A stretch of 64,000 nucleotides of DNA from Octopus sinensis. Lineage: Eukaryota. Each line of letters opens with the position of its first letter. Position 1 is the stretch's first letter. The translations under genes were made by a program, and so were the position numbers. The notes under the pieces are model-generated. The model had not been told where the DNA came from. It was given only the letters and a program-made list of their open reading frames with translations, and searched no databases. Of this stretch, positions 13,591 to 27,430 are shown piece by piece. The DNA is taken from contig NC_042999.1 of the NCBI RefSeq assembly GCF_006345805.1, positions 3,410,001 to 3,474,000 of the forward strand, given 5' to 3'.

Positions 13591-14999
13591 TGTTTAAATT
13601 ATATATTTGTGAAACAGGATGGAGAGTTAGGACGGTGGACAATGTCTTAATGGTAAACTATTTGAATGTTTTCTTTCATCACAGAAGCTAAAGGGAATTA
13701 TCAACATCATTGAACGTCTGTTTTTCCATGCTGGCATGGGTTGGATGGTTTGACAGGAGCTGGCAAGCCAGAGGGCAGCACCAGGCTCTAATTGTCTGCT
13801 TTGGCATGGTTTCTACATTTGGATGCCCTTCTCAATCCCAACCACTTTGCAGAGTGTACCGGGTACTTTTTATGTGGCGCCAACACTGGTGTTTTTCACA
13901 TGGTGCCACCATGGGTTCTGATATGGCAGCAGGACAAGTGCATTTTACATGACACTGGGGTTAAATTTGGTAGTTAAATTTGGTAGATGGAAACCAAAAG
14001 AAACCCCTTGTGAATATGTGTGTGTGTGTGTGTCAGTATTTGTCCCCCACCACTGCTTGACAGCTCTTGGTGGCATGTTTATGTCCCTGTAACTTAGTAG
14101 TTTGTCAAAAGAGACTGACGGAACAATTGCCAGGCTTTAATAAAAAGTAAGTGTGGGGTTGGTTCATTTGGCTAAAATTCTTCAAGGTAGAGCCACAGCC
14201 TAATGACTGAAACAAGAAAAAGATAATGGAAAGTTTGTGCTATTATGTGATGATTGCAAATGAGTCATCATGAAAATTATATTTAGCCATGGGGGAAAGC
14301 ATTGCCTTGTTTGGAAATAAGTGTTGGTAGCAGGAAGAGCACCCAACATAGAAAATCTGCCAAACAGATCCTGTCAGACCCAGGCAAGGGAACAGGGAGT
14401 TGAACAATAATGATGATACTACTATTTCTAAGTGACCGATAGTAATTGGTTAGCATGATTTAAAGAAAATTTAGCTACTATTTCCAGCAGAGCAAGAGAC
14501 CACAAAGCGGTTCTTTTGTCAGTTCATTAATGACGTTATATTAACAGCCAAATAGTTGGAGAGTAGCATCGTATTGCAATGAAATACCTCAAAAAACATT
14601 CAGCTTCGTTAATCATGTGCTCTTCAATGTTATAAAACAAACAAGAGAGAAGGCAATAAAAGCATCCAGTCCATGACATTTAAACATAAATAACTAACTG
14701 TACAGATTCAAATTTGGAAATATATGTTGTCATAATACCTTATATCGATATATCAGGGTTACAGTTGTAGTAAAATATATAGAATATGAATATATTCATA
14801 AAATATTTGATTGCTTGCCAAATTTCATGTGAGCGCACGAGTAAGGGACGTATTGGAGAGTCAGAGAGGGGGGATGGAGAATGAGAGGGAGAGCAAAAGG
14901 GGTTGGGTTTGTGTGTGTGTTTATATATAGATACAAACACACACATCTATTTACATGGGCATCGATGTGTATGTAATTCTATAAATGTCTGTACATATA

Positions 15000-15393
15000 G
15001 GCGCAGGAGTGGCTGTGGTAAGTAGCCTGTCTACCAACCACATGGTTCCGGGTTCAGTCCCACTGCGTGGCACCTTGGGAAAGTGTCTTCTACTATAGCC
15101 TCGGGCCGACCAAAGCCTTGTGAGTGGATTTGGTAGACGGAAACTGAAAGAAGCCTGTCGTATATATGTATATATATATATATGTATGCATGTGTGTGTC
15201 TGTGTTTGTCCCCATAGCATTGCTTGACAACCGATGCTGGTGTGTTTGTGTCCCCGTCACTTAGCGATTCGGCAAAAGAGACCGATAGAATAAGTACTGG
15301 GCTTACAATAGAATAAGTTCCGGGGTCGAGTTGCTCGATTAAAGGCGGTGCTCCAGCATGGCTGCAGTCAAATGACTGAAACAAGTAAAAGAG
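15000..15393 (+). mobile_element. Full-length SINE family A (tRNA head, CORE-like accttgggcaagt segment, central microsatellite)
   Basis: ggcgcaggagtggctgtggtaag (A box)...ggttcagtccc (B box)...gactgaaacaagtaaaagag. Confidence 0.9.
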
Positions 15394-15485
15394 TATACAA
15401 ACACATACACACATGTATATACATGAATGGGTGGACAAAAAAAAAAGAAGAGGCACGCCACATGTCTAGTAGAAATTACAAATAT

Positions 15486-15828
15486 GGAGGCAGATGGCTC
15501 AGTGGCTAGAGCATCGGGCTCCTAATCATGAGGCAGTGAGTTTGATTCCCAGACCGGGCTGTTTGTTGTGTTCTTGAGCAAGACACTTTTTTTTTACAGT
15601 GTTCCAGTTCACTCAGCTGTAGAAATGAGTCACATTACCGCTGGTGCCCATCTGTATTGGTCTTTGCCTTTCTCAGGGATACCATTGGTGGCATGGAAAG
15701 GGGAGGTTGGTATGCATGGGAAACTGTTGGTCCTCCATAAACAACCTTGCCTGGACTTGTGCCTCAAAGGGGAACCTTTTAGGTGCAATCGCATGGTCAT
15801 TCATGACCAAAGGGGGTCTTTACCCTTT
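15486..15828 (+). mobile_element. tRNA-derived SINE family C (V-SINE-like)
   Basis: tggctcagtggctagagc A box, gtttgattccc B box, gtgttcttgagcaagacact segment; same family as 30064-30405. Confidence 0.8.
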
Positions 15829-16013
15829 ACATATATAATTATTAAAAACAGTTTGATTCAGCACCATATGGCTTAAAGTTTCGTCGACTTCTTACAGAAA
15901 CCTGTCTCATCAGGCACAGGCAGCTGAATCTATCTACCTGTCTATCTATCAATCAATAGAAAGATAGATAAGTAGGTAGGTAGGTAGGTAGGTAGAGAGA
16001 CAGACAGACAGAT

Positions 16014-16402
16014 ACTCTTTTACTTGTTTCAGCCATTTGACTGTGGCCATGCTGGAGCACCGCCTTTAGTCGAGCAAATCGATCCCAGGACTTATTCTTT
16101 GTAAGCCTAGTACTTATTCTATCGGTCTCTTTTGCTGAACTGCTAAGTTATGTGGACATAAAAGCACCAGCATCAGTTGTCAAGCGATGCTGGGGGGGGG
16201 GGACAAACACAGACACACAAACATACACACACACATATATATATACGATGGGCTTCTTTCAGTTTCCGTCTACCAAATCCACTCACAAGACTTTGGTCGG
16301 CTCGAAGCTATAGTAGAAGACATTTGCCCAAGGTGCCACGCAGTGGGACTGAACCCGGAACCATGTGGTTCGTAAGCAAGCTACTTACCACACAGCCACT
16401 CC
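16014..16402 (-). mobile_element. Full-length SINE family A
   Basis: Reverse complement of the 15000-15393 consensus. Confidence 0.9.
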
Positions 16403-16954
16403 GATAGACAGACAAATACAACAGTATGTTATTAAACACTAGTGGCTCTAACTAATAAAGACACACACACGTAAAGTTTGGTTGTGTTGATATGAAGCTC
16501 TTTATGGCTTCATGTTCCATCTCAGTATATGATTCCTTGGGCTAATGTCTTCTACAATAGACTCAAGCTGACCAATGCATTGTGAGTAAAACTGGTAAAC
16601 AACACTTCTTCAGCAAAGCAGTGACGTCATATTTACATTCACTGTAAACAAACTTCCTGCAGCTCTACATTTATGAAGAAATTTATTTTTTCCTTAAGTC
16701 AATGTCTTGAACAACAGGTAAATGTTGGCAACGGGAGAATATTTTGCATTAGAATATTGTCACAATAAATGTTCAACAGATTCCATGCCAACATGGAAGA
16801 GCAGGTGTAAAAATGAATGAACTAACGGCTAACATTGTGAGGCGTGTCACCTTGATTTAGTGCTGGCTTTTTTGAGAAGAAATAACTCTATAAATTATAA
16901 AATAAAAATTAACTACTAAGGTTTTTGAACACACACACACACACACTCTCTCTC

Positions 16955-17150
16955 TGTATCGCCATGATAGATCGTTAGCTACTGCACACATTTTTTTTCT
17001 CTCCTTGTTTTTTCTGTGTCCCTTTCTGTAGAAGAGCGTAGGCTCGAAACGTAAAAGACTTTTTCTATTCCCAAGCGTTATACTAATACATCTGTTTGCT
17101 TTGTACACCACCTGTCTTTGTCTTTTGTTTTTTTCATAAACTCTCCCTAT
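16955..17150 (+). mobile_element. Penelope-like terminal fragment (family P1) carrying a minimal hammerhead motif at 17022-17057
   Basis: cttt-CTGTAGA-a-gagc-gtag-gctc-GAAA-cg-TA-aaag; element ends at (TA)n; siblings at 18.9, 20.4 and 27.4 kb. Confidence 0.65.
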
Positions 17151-17752
17151 ATATATATACACATATATATGTATATATATATGTGCTATAGACAGACCAT
17201 AGTTAAGTTCCAGATTCAGCATATATATATATATATATCATAGCAAATGGGCTGAAACAGGTAACAGTGTGCATGGCTGCAGACAAATGACTAAAAGGAA
17301 TAAAAGATATATATCTCCTAATATGATAATGAGTGTAGTGTTTTTATGTATTTGTTTGTGTGTGTGTATATATATATATGTGTGTGTGTATTTGACTAGA
17401 ATCACACAGTATGAGGAGGAGGAAAGAAAATAGTAATTCAGGAAGGAGAAGTAGTGAGAGTAATAGCCCTGACTGACAGGCAGTGACAGAAAGTAATAAC
17501 AATGAGAGAAAAGAAGGGGTGACAGATAAATAAGGAAAGAAGCGGGAGGAAAATCAGCATACAAACTCTGTGTGAGTATATGTGCATGCATGTACAAGGG
17601 ATGACTGTGAATGTTTGTATGTGTGATTATTATGTATCTTATTTTGTACCTTATTTATATAGTACTACAATTAGCCATCATTACTGACAGCACGTGGTCA
17701 ACCAGTATATAAGAAATAATGAAGATTCAATTGAATTGGGTACTTAAGTTGA

Positions 17753-17839
17753 TACATCTGACGAAAGTGGGTTATTTGTAATTAATGTAATGCTTGTATT
17801 GATCGATTTAATGGAGCTGCTTGAAACAGCCATAATGCA
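17753..17839 (+). ncRNA. Decayed hammerhead-ribozyme-like motif with a long stem II
   Basis: tacat-CTGACGA-aagtgg...ctgctt-GAAA-cagcca-TA-atgca; (TA)n about 35 bp downstream. Confidence 0.5.
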
Positions 17840-17896
17840 CTAATACCTGGACATCCTTGTCACTTATTTGCTTTATATATATATATATTATATATA

Positions 17897-18295
17897 GGCG
17901 CAGGAGTGGCTGTGTGGTAAGTAGCTTGCTAACCAACCACATGGTTCCGGGTTCAGTCCCACTGCGTGGCATCTTGGGCAAGTGTCTTCTGCTATAGCCC
18001 TGGGCCGACCAATGCCTTGTGAGTGGATTTGGTAGACGGAAACTGAAAGAAGCCTGTCGTATATATGTATATATATATGTATGTGTGTATGTTTGTGTGT
18101 CTGTGTTTGTCCCCCTAGCATCGCTTGACAACTGATGCTGGTGTGTTTACATCCCCGTCACTTAGCGGTTCGGCAAAAAGAGACCAATAGAATAAGTACT
18201 GGGCTTACAAAAAGAATAAGTCCCGGGGGTCGATTTGCTCGACTAAAGGCGGTGCTCCAGCATGGCCGCAGTCAAATGACTGAAACAAGTAAAAG
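17897..18295 (+). mobile_element. Full-length SINE family A
   Basis: Consensus match. Confidence 0.9.
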
Positions 18296-18329
18296 AAAAA
18301 AAAAAGTAAAAGATACATAAATGGTCATT

Positions 18330-18680
18330 TCTGTCTGTTTGGGGCTGTGTGTGTGTGTGTGAATTTTGTTACTTTAACTCCTCCAAGACTATCCAACCGA
18401 TCTTGATGAAACTTGATATGTGTGTAAGGCTTATACCCATGCAGTCACTTACATATTTGGAATTTTTTTTAAAAATCGATCATTTTTGATCAGCATCGAT
18501 TTTTCAAAGATCAGTAGGTCATTTCAATGCAAATTCTTGTTTGAATGTTATTTTCTGGCATAACTTTTAAAGTCTTCAATTTTCTTGAAATTTTATACAC
18601 AGGTAGAATAGGCGATAAAGATGGGTTGAGACAAATAAATTTTTACCTAGGCCACTCAAGCAAAGCATAAGAAAATGGTG
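18330..18680 (+). mobile_element. Possible non-autonomous Helitron/DINE-like element
   Basis: (GT)n followed by aactcctcc...ccgatcttgatgaaacttg, typical of such elements; termini not resolved. Confidence 0.35.
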
Positions 18681-18714
18681 TTAAGATGGTCATCAATTAT
18701 TTCATATACAGATT

Positions 18715-18768
<54 letters not shown>

Positions 18769-18874
18769 TGTATATGTACATTTGTATATATATCTATATG
18801 TATATATTTATATCTATATGCGTGTGTGTATATGTATACATATATTATTTACTATTTATTATATATATTTGATT

Positions 18875-19057
18875 GACCGCTAGCTCCAAGGGTTTTTTTT
18901 TTCTTTATTCTCTTTGTTTATTTCCTCATGTTCGTTTCTGTTGAAAAGCATAGGCTCGAAAGGTAAAAGACTTTCTTACCTTCCCAACTGTTAAACTAAT
19001 ACTCTTGTTTGTTTTTTATACACTGTCTTCGTCTTTTGTCTTTCTGTAAATTTCAAC
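18875..19057 (+). mobile_element. Family P1 fragment with a decayed hammerhead motif (18934-18969)
   Basis: tttCTGTTGAaaagcataggctcGAAAggTAaaag; ends at (TA)n. Confidence 0.6.
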
Positions 19058-19078
19058 TATATATATATATATAAATGG

Positions 19079-19430
19079 CAGTCCCACTGCGTGGCATCTT
19101 GGGCAAGTGTCTTCTGCTATAGCCTCGGGCCGACCAATGCCTTGTGAGTGGATTTGGTAGACGGAAACTGAAAGAAGCCTGTCGTATATATGTATATATA
19201 TATAAGTGTGTGTGCATATGTTTGTGTGTCTGTGTTTGTCCCCCTAGCATTGCTTGACAACCGATGCTGGTGTGTTTACGTCCCCGTCACTTAGCGGATC
19301 GGCAAAAGAGACCGATAGAATAAGTACTGGGCTTACAAAGAATAAGTCCCGGGGTCGATTTGATCGACTAAAGGCGGTGCTCCAGCATGGCCACAGTCAA
19401 ATGACTGAAACAAGTAAAAGAGTAAAGAGT
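19079..19430 (+). mobile_element. SINE family A, 5'-truncated
   Basis: Near-identical to 17897-18295 from the B box onward. Confidence 0.88.
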
Positions 19431-20309
19431 ATATATAAAACAACTGAAAACTTGTAGATTCTCAATAGTGGATTTTTAATTTATATTGTACTTAAAACTA
19501 ATCACTTAAACGCATTGATAGGATTCCTTACTCAATTCCGAACAAAATTGTAACCAGTGACTGACTGGTTTTCTCAACGGCACAATAATTTTTCCGAACA
19601 TTGATACAATCTGTTTACAAAAAAAAAAAAAGAAACCCCAAATATTTCATTCTCTGCTGTGCTCTGCCAGCATAATTGCAATTTAGCAAATAATTCACAT
19701 CAAGTAATTGAATGTATTTAATCTGCATTTGACTGACTTCATCAGCCAATGGCAATCATAGATTTCTTTTCTGTGTATTTAACTATAAGTTAGCATTTGT
19801 ACCTGAGCATTGTTTCCGCAGAAAGAGAGAGAGAGATGGGGGTGGGAGAGACTTACAAATAAGTGCGCGCACACAAACACACACAGGCTGGGTGATTGAA
19901 ACGGATGTAGAGAAACAGCTAAAAGTTCCAGCACACATCACCCACGCCTTGCTAAGATCAGATACCATCTTGGTTTCCAAAGCCACTAGTTCTATTGGAG
20001 TTAACTATGAGGAGGGGAGGTTAGAGGAGGCTCAAGAGAGGAAGAGAACCAAAGTGCAGGATTTGCCCAAGGACTGCTGAAAGAATGGGTGGGAGAATGA
20101 GGTGTTACTCAGTGGAGGTCAATAGTTCAGGGTTTTCAGGTCAAACACTGAGTAAAATGTGTGAAACACTGAGCAGCTAAAGAGCATTTGGAGGTAAAGC
20201 CATGAAGATAAAGTCTCTTGACCCAGAAATTTTCTTTAAAATTTATTTAAAAATAAAGAATTATCCAAAATTCTGACTGTCACTTTCTTCTTAATACACA
20301 CACACACAT

Positions 20310-20530
20310 ATATATATTTCAAATTTACAGAAAACAAAAGATAGGTGTAGGGACAACAAGCAGGTATATTAGTTTAATGCTCGGGAAAAATGGAAAAGCC
20401 TTTTACATTTTGAGCCTACGCTCTTTAATAGAAAGGAATAATGGAAAAATGGAGAGAGAATGAAAAAAATGGAGAGTGAATGAAAAAGATGGAGAGAGAA
20501 AAATGTGCAGAGTTCAAAGGTCCAACATGG
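20310..20530 (-). mobile_element. Family P1 fragment with a decayed hammerhead motif (~20400-20436)
   Basis: Reverse complement cctttctattaaagagcgtaggctcaaaatgtaaaagg. Confidence 0.55.
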
Positions 20531-20689
20531 TGAGATATATAGATATAAGCCATATTTAGGTTAGTTAAAATATATTTGTGACATTTTTCAACAGCTAAAA
20601 GGCAAATACACTGCAGTTACTGCGGAGAAAATATCTCTCTTATGGTAAAAGGTGTGAAAACACCCAGTTATATATATAAATTTATTATA

Positions 20690-21080
20690 GGCGCAGGAGT
20701 GGCTGTGTGGTAAGTAGCTTGCTTACCAACCACATGGTTCTGGGTTCAGTCCTACTGCGTGGCACCTTGGGCAAGTGTCTTCTACTATAGCCTTGAGCTG
20801 ACCAAAGCCTTGTGAATGGATTTGGTAGACAGAAACTGAAAGAAGCCCGTCATATATATGTATGTATATATATGTGTTTGTGTATCTGTATTTGTCCTCC
20901 AGCTTTGGTTGACAACCGATGCTGGTGTGTTTACGTCCCCATAACTTAGTGGCTCAGCACGAGAGACTGATAAAGTGCTAGGCTTACAAAGAATAAGTCC
21001 TGGGGTCGATTTGCTTGACTAAAGGCAGTGCTCCAGCATGGCCACAGTCAAATGACTGAAACAAGTAAAACAGTAAAAGA
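20690..21080 (+). mobile_element. Full-length SINE family A
   Basis: Consensus match. Confidence 0.9.
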
Positions 21081-21181
21081 GAGAGAGAGTATACAAGAAG
21101 ATGGAATGAACAGGCTTTAATTTGAATCATAATAATAGTTTTTGTGTATTATCAGCTGTTATTTGCTGAGTGTTTGACATA

Positions 21182-21556
21182 TCTTTATATATAAAAGTCA
21201 AGTTGTGTGTCTGTCTCCTACGATTTAGATTCCTAACTACTCCCACATTTTGCGGTGCAGTTTAACCAAAAGCAGGTATCTTATAGTCGTGATTCATATC
21301 GAGCCCTTCTGGGTATTAGCGCATGTCTACGATTTAAAAAAAAAAATTACCATCATTTTTAATGCATTTTTTGCTATTATATAAGGGAAGTAACTCTCTA
21401 AAAATATATTATTAAATCTCAGAACGTAAAAAGCTACAGTAACACCCCAACTTTGTGGTCAGCCAAATTGAGATGGCTATTATACTTGACATCTCTAAAA
21501 ATGCTTATATAGTTATTTCCCTTACAAACCCGAGCAACGCCGGGCGATACTGCTAG
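21182..21556 (+). mobile_element. Non-autonomous Helitron
   Basis: 5' TC after A, subterminal hairpin cccg-agcaacgc-cggg (21529-21544), 3' CTAG followed by T, no TSD. Confidence 0.8.
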
Positions 21557-22221
21557 TTACATATAAAATGAAAAATGTGGATGCAGGGTGCTAGAATATC
21601 CTTAAGTATTGAACCTGGAAATTCTAAATTCAGCTGCAATATTTTAAGATTTTTTTTTCATTTCATCCTATATAAGAAGAAAAAGATGTTAAAATATTTC
21701 CGCTGAATTTAGAATTTAAAAACTAAAATAGTAATAAATACTCTTTTATATTTTTTTTATTCTTACATAAAAGTTTAAATTAAAATACACAAGAAGCTAT
21801 TTATTTTCAATATTAGTGAAAAGACTAATTGCTAACAACTTTACACATTAAAAATTTAACATTACAAATTTAATGCTTTATTTATTTAAAAAATATCACA
21901 AAATAGCAATTTAAGCAAAATTGACAATGTATTATAACCCCAAAGTTTTGGAAAAAAAAAGCTAGAGACATTTCTACATTTTGCACTCAATTTCTTTGGT
22001 AGCTTGAATCTTTTTTTTAATATTCTTCTGACTCTAAATAGAAAACAGTTTGTTATCTGATAATGCAAACATTAAAGAAATTAATTCTTTTGTTTTTTTA
22101 CTATTTTTTTACTCGTATTTTTAAGATACTTACATTCTACATGACTTTAATTTTAACAAAATATCTGTGATTTAAAATTTTTGGATAATGTTTTGCTAAG
22201 AAAATAAAATTAGAAAATAAT

Positions 22222-22605
22222 CTTTTCTACTTTAGGCACAAGGCCCAAAATTTTAGAGGGAGGGGGCAGTCGATTAGATCAACATTAGTACGCAACTGGT
22301 ACTTAATTTATCTCCAAAAGGATGAAAGGCAAAATCGACCTCAGTAGAGTTTGAACTCAGAATGTAAAGACAAATGAAATAAGCTAAGCATTCTTTTCTA
22401 CTCTAGGCACAAGGCCCGAAAGTTTGGGGGCAGGGGGCCAGTTGATTACATTGACCTCAGTACTCAACTGGTACTTATTTTATTGACCCTGAAAGGATGA
22501 AAGGCAAAGTCGACCTCGATGGAATTTGAACTCAGAATGTAAAGACAGGCGAAATACCGCTAAACATTTCATCCAGTGTGCAACAATTCTGCCAGCTCAC
22601 TGTCT
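22222..22605 (-). mobile_element. SINE family B with a duplicated 3' half
   Basis: Two aactggtactt..aaaggatgaaaggcaaa blocks. Confidence 0.8.
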
Positions 22606-22632
22606 TAAATCAAAAAATAATATAACATATAG

Positions 22633-23050
22633 TAGGTGTAGGTATGGCTGCGTGGCAAGAGATTTGCTTTTCAAGCACATGGTTCCAGGTTCAGTCCACA
22701 GCATAACAACAAAGTGAAGTGTCTTCTACTACAGCCTTGGATTGGCCAAAGCCCTGTGAGTGGATTTAGTAGATAGAAACTGAAAGATGACCATCATATC
22801 TATCTATTTATAGATAGATAAATGTGTGTGTGTGTCTTTGTGTCTATGTTTATCCACCATCACCACTTGACAACTGATGTCGGTGTCTTTACACCCCCAT
22901 AACATAACGGTTTCACAGAAGTAACAGACAGAATTAGTAACTGGCTTTAAAGAAAAAATGTACTGGGGTCAATTTAATCAACCAAAATCCTTCATAGTAG
23001 TGCCCCAGCATGACCGCAGTCTGAACAGTGAAGCAAATAAGAAATAAAAG
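22633..23050 (+). mobile_element. Older SINE family A copy
   Basis: Degenerate consensus match. Confidence 0.75.
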
Positions 23051-23491
23051 AAAATACTAAATAATGCTTTAGCTTAATACAAAGAAATGTTTAAATCTAA
23101 ACTATTACCATAATTTTTAAAATATTACAATAAAAGGCAAAAACATAAAAATAAAAAACACAGTTTGATGAACAATTTCAGAAATATATTTAGTCTAACA
23201 TCAGTTGCAATAGTTTAAATTTTTCTTGTCCGGAACTTTTTCTGGGAGTCATGACTAATTGTCTTGTACTTTACCAGGCTTCACCAATGCTTGTCCTGTA
23301 TTTTTCCAGATTCAGTACTTAAGAATATTGTATCACGCTGTGCCCACATTTTTCATTCTAGTCCACTTTTTTTTTTTTACCAGGCAGCATATCAATTATT
23401 TTAATTATGTTTACCATTATATTTTTTATTTTAGTAATATTGAAAATAAGATAGAAAGGTTTTAACTTTATACAAAGAAATGTTAACTTAA

Positions 23492-23711
23492 CCCTTTTGC
23501 TACCAACTCAGCTGAGACCGGCTCTGGCTCTGAGTACAAATATCTTGTTTACATAAGTTTTGAATTAAAATCTTCCACCAAACCTTAGTCACAATTTATG
23601 TTCCTAACACTAGCTTAATGATAACTAAGTTATTTTACTAAATTCTTTGTTATATTTAAAGTAATTGAAAGAAACATAGAGCATCTCAACAGAAATACAG
23701 TAATGAAAGGG
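23492..23711. mobile_element. piggyBac-type MITE (220 bp)
   Basis: TTAA on both sides (23488-23491, 23712-23715), CCCTTT...AAAGGG termini; three more copies at 57.9-58.7 kb. Confidence 0.88.
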
Positions 23712-24925
23712 TTAAGATAGTATTTTTCTTTTAAAATGACAAAAATATTTTGGTATGTTAAGATTATGTTTTGGTCTAATACAAAAAATTTTTTAATCAA
23801 TAATATTAACTTAAAATGTTATTTTTCTCTAAACAATTATCACTTTTTATCATCACTTAAAGCCACACCATTTCTTTCCAGCCAATATCTTTGATGGGGG
23901 TTTTCACCATAATATGCTTCTCATGTAGCTCTTTCATCTGAACACAACTATTGTATAGTTTTCACTTACAATAGCTGAGATATTTTAATTCAAAATCAAT
24001 TTGAATTGGGGGGGGGGGTATTTACAATGTTTTTGAAACCACATTTTCATAACCAAACGATTCTTCTCAATGATCACATTCTTTTAAATCCAATTAATCT
24101 ATACTTTTCTTTTAAAATAACTGAGATATTTTGATTCAAAGACAATTTTTTGCCTCACTCTCTCATTTTCGACCTCATATTGTGACCTAATTCTTTCTAA
24201 TGAACCAAATTTCAATTAATTTATCTCAAAACAAGACACAAACACACACACATACATATACGCCATAGAACCTCCCCAAACTAGACACCACTATCTAAAC
24301 ATTGGCCAAGCTTAATTAGGTTACATATGAAGGAAGCGAAACAATACCAAAGTAAGCAATCATCACAGACTATGAATATACAAACACTTTCCGATTTAGA
24401 AGAATGAAGGATCACTCAGAAACTCAAAATCGAGCACAACATGTGCATTCTCATCACCAACTGCCCAAACAGAGCATATATATCAGGCATGTGCTATCAG
24501 TAATTACTCAGGGTAAAGGTTGGTGATGTTTATATAGTAAAACACAAAAAAATAAGCGAAACACAGGCGTGCGACTGAGCTGTAGGCAGATTAATTCTGC
24601 TTTTATAGTACGTAAAGAAAATGTTGTTGTAGGAATGTATGCAGCATGTGTATTACAGCAGTATTATGCGTAGCTTTATGCCTGCATTACTTAGGACTCA
24701 TGGGTTCTTTGAATGCTTTAGGTTATCCAAAAACAAAAAAAAAAAACCGATGAGCGGTAAAAATCCATAAACCGATTCCTTACGGAATTTCCCAATCAAG
24801 TTGTCTGCAACTCATTTTCAGCCAAAAGTTTACCAATTTCAACGGATTTCGCTCAAATTTGACGTCAATGTTAATTAGTTTGGTTTGAAATAAAGAACTT
24901 GATTAGCTTAATAATCCTAACTTAA

Positions 24926-24954
24926 TCCTGGGCAAAGCCGGGCTACACTGCTAG
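24926..24954 (+). mobile_element. 3' terminus of a second Helitron (5' end unresolved)
   Basis: cctgggcaaagccggg hairpin + ctgCTAG|T, similar to 21529-21556. Confidence 0.6.
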
Positions 24955-24964
24955 TATATATATG

Positions 24965-25291
24965 TTGGAGCACTCTGTCGGTTGCGATGACGAGGGTCCC
25001 AACAGATACGATTAATGGAACAGCTTGCTCGTGAAATTAATGTGCAAGTGGCTGAGCACTCCAAAGACACGTGTACCCTTAACGTAGTTCTCGAGGGGAT
25101 TCAGCGTGGCACAGTGTGTGACAAGGCTGTCCCTTTGAAATACTGGTATTACTCATTTTTGCCAGCTGAGTGAACTGGAGCAACGTGAAATAAAGTATCT
25201 TGCTCAAGGACTCAATGCACCGCCGGGAATTGAACTCACAACCTTATGATCATGAGCTGAATGCCCCTAACCACTAAGCCACGCGCCTTCA
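24965..25291 (-). mobile_element. tRNA-derived SINE family D (V-SINE-like head)
   Basis: Head gaaggcgcgtggcttagtggttagg on minus; flanked by a ctagtatata(ta)tgt duplication. Confidence 0.85.
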
Positions 25292-26292
25292 CTAGTATAT
25301 ATGTATATATCAAACAAACCACATTCTTTTAGTTCCCATTTTACAAGGCTTTGGTTAGGCCAGGTTATGGCAGAAAACACTTTCCCAAAATGACATGCAA
25401 TGGGACTGAACCCAGAGCCATGTGGTTGGGAAACAAATTTCTTAACTACACAGCCATGCCAGCACCATTGATCATGAAAGAGTTAGCATCAAAGAGTGAA
25501 TTATACCTGTTAAATTCAGTGAATGAATTTACCAATCTTGCAGAAAAGATAACTTACATTCAAGTCTGTTGCTTTCTAACCAGGTTTAAACAAGAAATTC
25601 AGCTTCGGTTTATAGTATATTGTCACAGCTTAGAGCATTAACCATGTATCAGCCCATGGTATCTATTTACATTCAGGTCAGTTGAGCTGTTTGGACACCA
25701 GTGATGTGACACAATCCACGGACATGCTCAGCTGCAACTTTTCAAATTCATTAAGACCAATGTTTGAGAGTTTCACTACAATTGAATAAATAATATGGTT
25801 TTTGTGATTAATCTGCAAACATTTACAGCTCTGAATGTGTGTACGTTAGTTAATTCCACTTGACCAGAATGTATTGTAAGCAATAATTAGAGCTTAGCGA
25901 TTCTCTTTCCTGCTTCCTAAAGCCTTTGCGAGTCCTATATTTGGCTACATGCTGTGAATTTTCCTTTGTATCCCAGCACTGCTCAGCGATGTGTGTCTCC
26001 AAACCATTTTCTAATTTCTTGTAATTTATCATCAACTCACATCAACAATTTCATCTCAGAACCTGTTTATGTAATCAAAATTCTGTATTCCTCATATCAA
26101 CTTTGAGAAGACGTGTATATGTGTGGCGTTACACCCACACACACACATTTATGTATGTGTATGTATACATAAATATATAGATTTATGAATGCATATTTGT
26201 ATATAGATACACACACATATATGTACACATATACATATACATACAAAAACACACACTATATATATACATATGTATATATTTATATATATTAA

Positions 26293-26603
26293 GAAGACTC
26301 CGCCGGTTACGACGACGAGGGTCCCAGCTGATACGATCAACGGAACAGCTGCTCGTGAAATTAACGTGCAAATGGCCGAGCATTCCACAGACACGTGTAC
26401 CCTTAACGTAGTTCTCGGGGATAATCAGCGTGACACAGAGAGTGACAGGCTGACCCTTTGAAATACAAGTACAACTCATTTTTGCCAGCTGAGTGGACTA
26501 ACGTGAACTAAATGTCTTGCTCAAGGACACAACGCGTCGCCGGAATCGAACTCACACCTTACGATCATGAGCCGAATGCCCTAACCACTAAGCCACGCGC
26601 CCT
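26293..26603 (-). mobile_element. SINE family D copy
   Basis: Homologous to 24965-25291. Confidence 0.85.
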
Positions 26604-27284
26604 ACATAATATATATATATCTATATACATATATATCTATATGTATATATGTATATATATACATATATATATATTACACATATGTATATATAATACACAT
26701 GTATATATACACATATATATCTATATACATATATATATATATCTATATACATATATATCTATATATACACACACACACAGAAACAAATACAGATGCATAC
26801 ACACACACACACACACACACACACATAGGTATGCATACATATACACATATATACATTCACTTAACAAATTCCATATTTCAATATAATATCTAAATTAGAT
26901 TAGTTATCAATCAGGCTGCATGGGATACAACAATATAAAGAATTTCAAGGGATATCAAGTCTGAAATTATAATGTGAGAATCTTCAAATATCAGGAAGAA
27001 GACAAAATTCCGCAGCAAAGCCTCAATGAACACATAATTTGAAACCAAATTCTGCATGAAACAGGTTGTCAATCTTGATATCTTGATTTTGTTCAGAGCT
27101 GAACTTCAATATCATATTAAGAGAAACATTTCTGTCTTAAGTACTTCATTGCCAGCACTGAGACAGCCCACACGGCTAAGTATTAATCTAAATGTGTGCA
27201 TATATGCACAATACGCATGTACACAAAAGGCTTGTACATGTGCAAGTATATATGTGTATGTATGTGTGTGTGTCTATATATATA

Positions 27285-27430
27285 TAATGAGAATTTACAA
27301 AAAAAACGAAAGACAAAAACGGGTATGTAAACAACAAACAGATGTAGTAGTTTAAAGCTCGGGAAGTGAGAAAGTCTTTTACATTTCGAGCCTATGCTCT
27401 TCAGCAAAAAGGAACACAGAAACAAACAGG
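27285..27430 (-). mobile_element. Family P1 fragment with a hammerhead-like motif (27376-27410)
   Basis: Reverse complement ttTTGCTGAagagcataggctcGAAAtgTAaaag. Confidence 0.6.

Noticed and set aside
15000-15075. tRNA genes at SINE heads (also ~30330-30405)
   Set aside because: A/B boxes are present but run straight into SINE bodies; no complete cloverleaf or pol III terminator
25850-26110. Minus-strand RKWFGDTHR, similar to the RTE WFGH motif
   Set aside because: Too degraded and frameshifted to call without a profile search
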